A stretch of 58,444 nt of DNA from a virus (Duplodnaviria > Caudoviricetes): the IMG/VR virus record IMGVR_UViG_3300017963_004517, positions 1 through 58,444 of that record; one strand, written 5' to 3'. Below, one piece after another: positions 56,403 through 58,444 of the stretch (its first letter is position 1; each line of letters opens with the position of its first letter). The notes under the pieces were generated by a model that had not been told where the DNA came from, ran no database searches, and was given only the letters and a program-made list of their open reading frames with translations. Made by a program: the position numbers and the translations under genes.

Positions 56403-56657
56403 TTAGATGTAACCCAGAGCCAGCAGCCAGGACGGGAGTCCGTGCTCGCAGTGCCCATCAGGCTCGATCTGGGGGCAACCGTCGATTGCCTCACAAGAGC
56501 CTTCGGATACCCAGCGTTCCAACGTTCTCAGGCTGGGCTTTCTTCCCTTGACAACAATGGTATCCGGATGGCGGTCAAAGTAACCGCTTGCCCGGAGATC
56601 CGCCTCAGTCAAGCCGGCCTTGATCTTTCGAATTCGTCCAGAGCGATAAACTAACAT
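56403..56657 (-). CDS. Conserved small protein (CEA.DGC..EPDG.C.HG.PSWL)
   Basis: Recurrent MGE early-gene motif; CTAGGAGG RBS. Confidence 0.7.
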   Translation of the reverse strand: MLVYRSGRIRKIKAGLTEADLRASGYFDRHPDTIVVKGRKPSLRTLERWVSEGSCEAIDGCPQIEPDGHCEHGLPSWLLALGYI

Positions 56658-56791
56658 TTTGTGCCTCCTAGATTTTGGATGGTCTCCCAGCGTCCGTGCC
56701 TGTCCTCGCGGGGGATGCAGTAGGCTTCGTTGATCGGCTGCGGGGATCGAGGGGATCTTACCGGGGTTTGTAAGGTTCTTCGTACATATAT

Positions 56792-56833
56792 AGTATAGTC
56801 TATAAACCCTTATCCGTCAAGGGTTTATAGACT
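56792..56833 (-). promoter_or_regulatory. sigma70 promoter inside a long palindrome
   Basis: TTGACG-17-TATACT; GTCTATAAACCCTT-N7-AAGGGTTTATAGAC. Confidence 0.8.
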
Positions 56834-57503
56834 TGTCCAGGATAACCAGTTTAGCTGCCACCATGGTGCCGGAGGCCTTGAACGTGCCGGCGGGTAGATC
56901 TTCGGAATAGTCCAATTTAGAATGTACCCAATTACGGAATTGAACGCACTTTTTATCTTTCCTGAAAAACGGACCAGGGCTCATGATCGCCACGATCCGA
57001 CCGCCTGGGTTTAGCAGGGAATAGGCGTGTTTCACATGGTCTATGTCCTGCAAATTGCTGAACGGGGGATTCATGATAATCACATCATAGGCGCCATGGA
57101 ACTCCAGGAAATCTCCACTGTGGACCACGTTGAAGCCACGCTCCTGGAGCAGCTTGACGGCGTTGTAATTGAGCTCCACACAATCCGGGGTATGGCCGGC
57201 GTCCAAGATAGCCTGGGCGATCCGTCCAGTGCCGGCTGATGGCTCCAGCCACTTCCCGCCCGGGCGATCACCAATCGATACCATTCGATCCGCCAGATCC
57301 GCCGGCGTAGGGAACAGGTCCAGATGATGGCCGTTCACGATCTCGCGCTCTTCAAAGACCTGCTTGGCCTGCCGCTTGTGATCCCTCCCGGAATTCCATA
57401 ATTCTGTAGCCCGTTCTCGGGCTGCTGCCTGGGTCGGTTTCAAGGATCGAACCGCTGCCCGTTTATGGGCAGCGGCCTTTCTTGCTAACTCTTCGAGATT
57501 CAT
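56817..57503 (-). CDS. N6-adenine DNA methyltransferase-like protein
   Basis: DLFPTP, LEPSAGTG, IMNPPF, F..SGT. Confidence 0.85.
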   Translation of the reverse strand: MNLEELARKAAAHKRAAVRSLKPTQAAARERATELWNSGRDHKRQAKQVFEEREIVNGHHLDLFPTPADLADRMVSIGDRPGGKWLEPSAGTGRIAQAILDAGHTPDCVELNYNAVKLLQERGFNVVHSGDFLEFHGAYDVIIMNPPFSNLQDIDHVKHAYSLLNPGGRIVAIMSPGPFFRKDKKCVQFRNWVHSKLDYSEDLPAGTFKASGTMVAAKLVILDKSINP

Positions 57504-58444
57504 GCTTCCACCTTCTTCAAAAACCTGCGACCAGCCTGGTAACCTTTGGGGTTCCGTTCGTTCGCTTCCGGATAGTCCTCGAAGTCAACCCGAGCCGTCT
57601 TGGCATAGAGTTTCAAAATCCTTCCGGTCTGGCTGCGAGCCCCGTACCAAAAGGTCACCCGATCCCCTACTTTCAGGCCGTCATCTGGGGCAACCGCTTT
57701 GCGCTTGGGCTTGGGAGCCAGGATCTGCTCTGCGGCATCTTCGCCGGCTACCGCTGCCAGGTAGGCCTTTTCATACTCAAGCCGTTTGTCCAGGTGGTCC
57801 AGCCAGCGTTGATGATAGGTTACCGCCTCTTCGTGTCTTTCGATTGCGATCTTCTGAACCTCTTCCGGATCGATCTCTTCGTCGCACAGCAGGCCATAAG
57901 CGGAGCGTTTCTCAATAGGGATGTAATCGTAGTTGGCCAGGTATCGGGCAGCTACCAAGAGGGAGGGGGTTTCACCTGTGTCTTTCTTGCGAACAGTGCC
58001 AGGAATTCCCTCCCAGAGCTTCACCCAGCCTCGTGCCTTTTCAACCTGCTTCACATGTTTGCGCCGGCTGGCTTCCAGTTTCTTGATCCGGCGCCCGATC
58101 ACGTCCGGCTTGTCTTTGTGTGCAGCCCAGGCTATCGCGCCGGCAATTCGATCCTGCCAGTGCCGGGCAGCTTCCAGGCTGTACTCAGCAGTGCCTTGAG
58201 CCTGGCGAGCTTTCCTGTCCGTGGTCGCATTGATAAAACGTTCCTGCGCCCACTCAGCATTCTGCTCATGCTTTTCGGCGTACTTTTGGTACCGCTCAAC
58301 CCGACCCTCAACGTCGTCGAAGGTTTCGTCGAATTCGATCTCGTCCACGAATTTCAGGATCCAATCTTCGGCACCTGGGGACCAGATTGCTGAGAAGCAT
58401 TTCTGACCTGGGTACCAGTTGAACTTGAGGTATTTCCGGCGGTA
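57500..58444 (-). CDS. DUF3560-like protein, 5' end outside the window
   Basis: Frame stays open to the window edge; W.P...W.P.AED, RRIKKLEA..RK, RWLDHL..RL.YE; typically paired with the adjacent MTase. Confidence 0.7.
   Translation of the reverse strand, partial: YRRKYLKFNWYPGQKCFSAIWSPGAEDWILKFVDEIEFDETFDDVEGRVERYQKYAEKHEQNAEWAQERFINATTDRKARQAQGTAEYSLEAARHWQDRIAGAIAWAAHKDKPDVIGRRIKKLEASRRKHVKQVEKARGWVKLWEGIPGTVRKKDTGETPSLLVAARYLANYDYIPIEKRSAYGLLCDEEIDPEEVQKIAIERHEEAVTYHQRWLDHLDKRLEYEKAYLAAVAGEDAAEQILAPKPKRKAVAPDDGLKVGDRVTFWYGARSQTGRILKLYAKTARVDFEDYPEANERNPKGYQAGRRFLKKVEA

Noticed and set aside
57482-58393. Long plus-strand ORFs antisense to phage genes (also 34425-35132, 47900-48580)
   Set aside because: Shadow frames of GC-rich minus-strand genes; no RBS or recognisable motifs.
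1-58444. Integrase / att sites
   Set aside because: No recombinase ORF recognised; integration state and lifestyle cannot be decided from this window.

Overview
The window is almost entirely a tailed, siphovirus-type phage or prophage genome, mostly encoded on the minus strand. From right to left it carries early/leading-region genes (DUF3560-like protein, adenine MTase, many small ORFs), a ParB/radical-SAM locus, terminase, portal, MuF-like head protein, lysis genes, prohead protease, scaffold, encapsulin-like major capsid protein, head-tail and tail genes, a glycosylation cluster, a short plus-strand operon with a dense repeat array, a LexA-like repressor, and an initiator/DnaB/primase replication module. 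No integrase is visible. A Chloroflexota (Anaerolineae-like) host is only a guess from lipoprotein and membrane-protein style. The main candidate novel system is a pair of Gly/His-rich peptide tags (HYGPGPHxxGxPQSVHG x4; GGxGSGHKGHKGRPGxRGGxAPG x2). Each tag precedes a different, apparently swappable cargo domain: a RelA/SpoT-like synthetase on the portal, a GNAT, a SAM-lyase-like domain, and unknown domains inside the protease and MuF proteins. This suggests a modular capsid-loading/effector-injection system. Other notable signals: an AT-rich C5-MTase + mismatch-glycosylase cassette inserted between GCGATG direct repeats inside a phage gene; six co-oriented perfect copies of a 17-mer; a family of sigma70 promoters with a shared palindromic operator and leader motif; a tRNA-like cloverleaf RNA; a TGCCAAC repeat array; and strong GCCGGC enrichment. 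All family assignments are from motif recognition by eye, not database searches.
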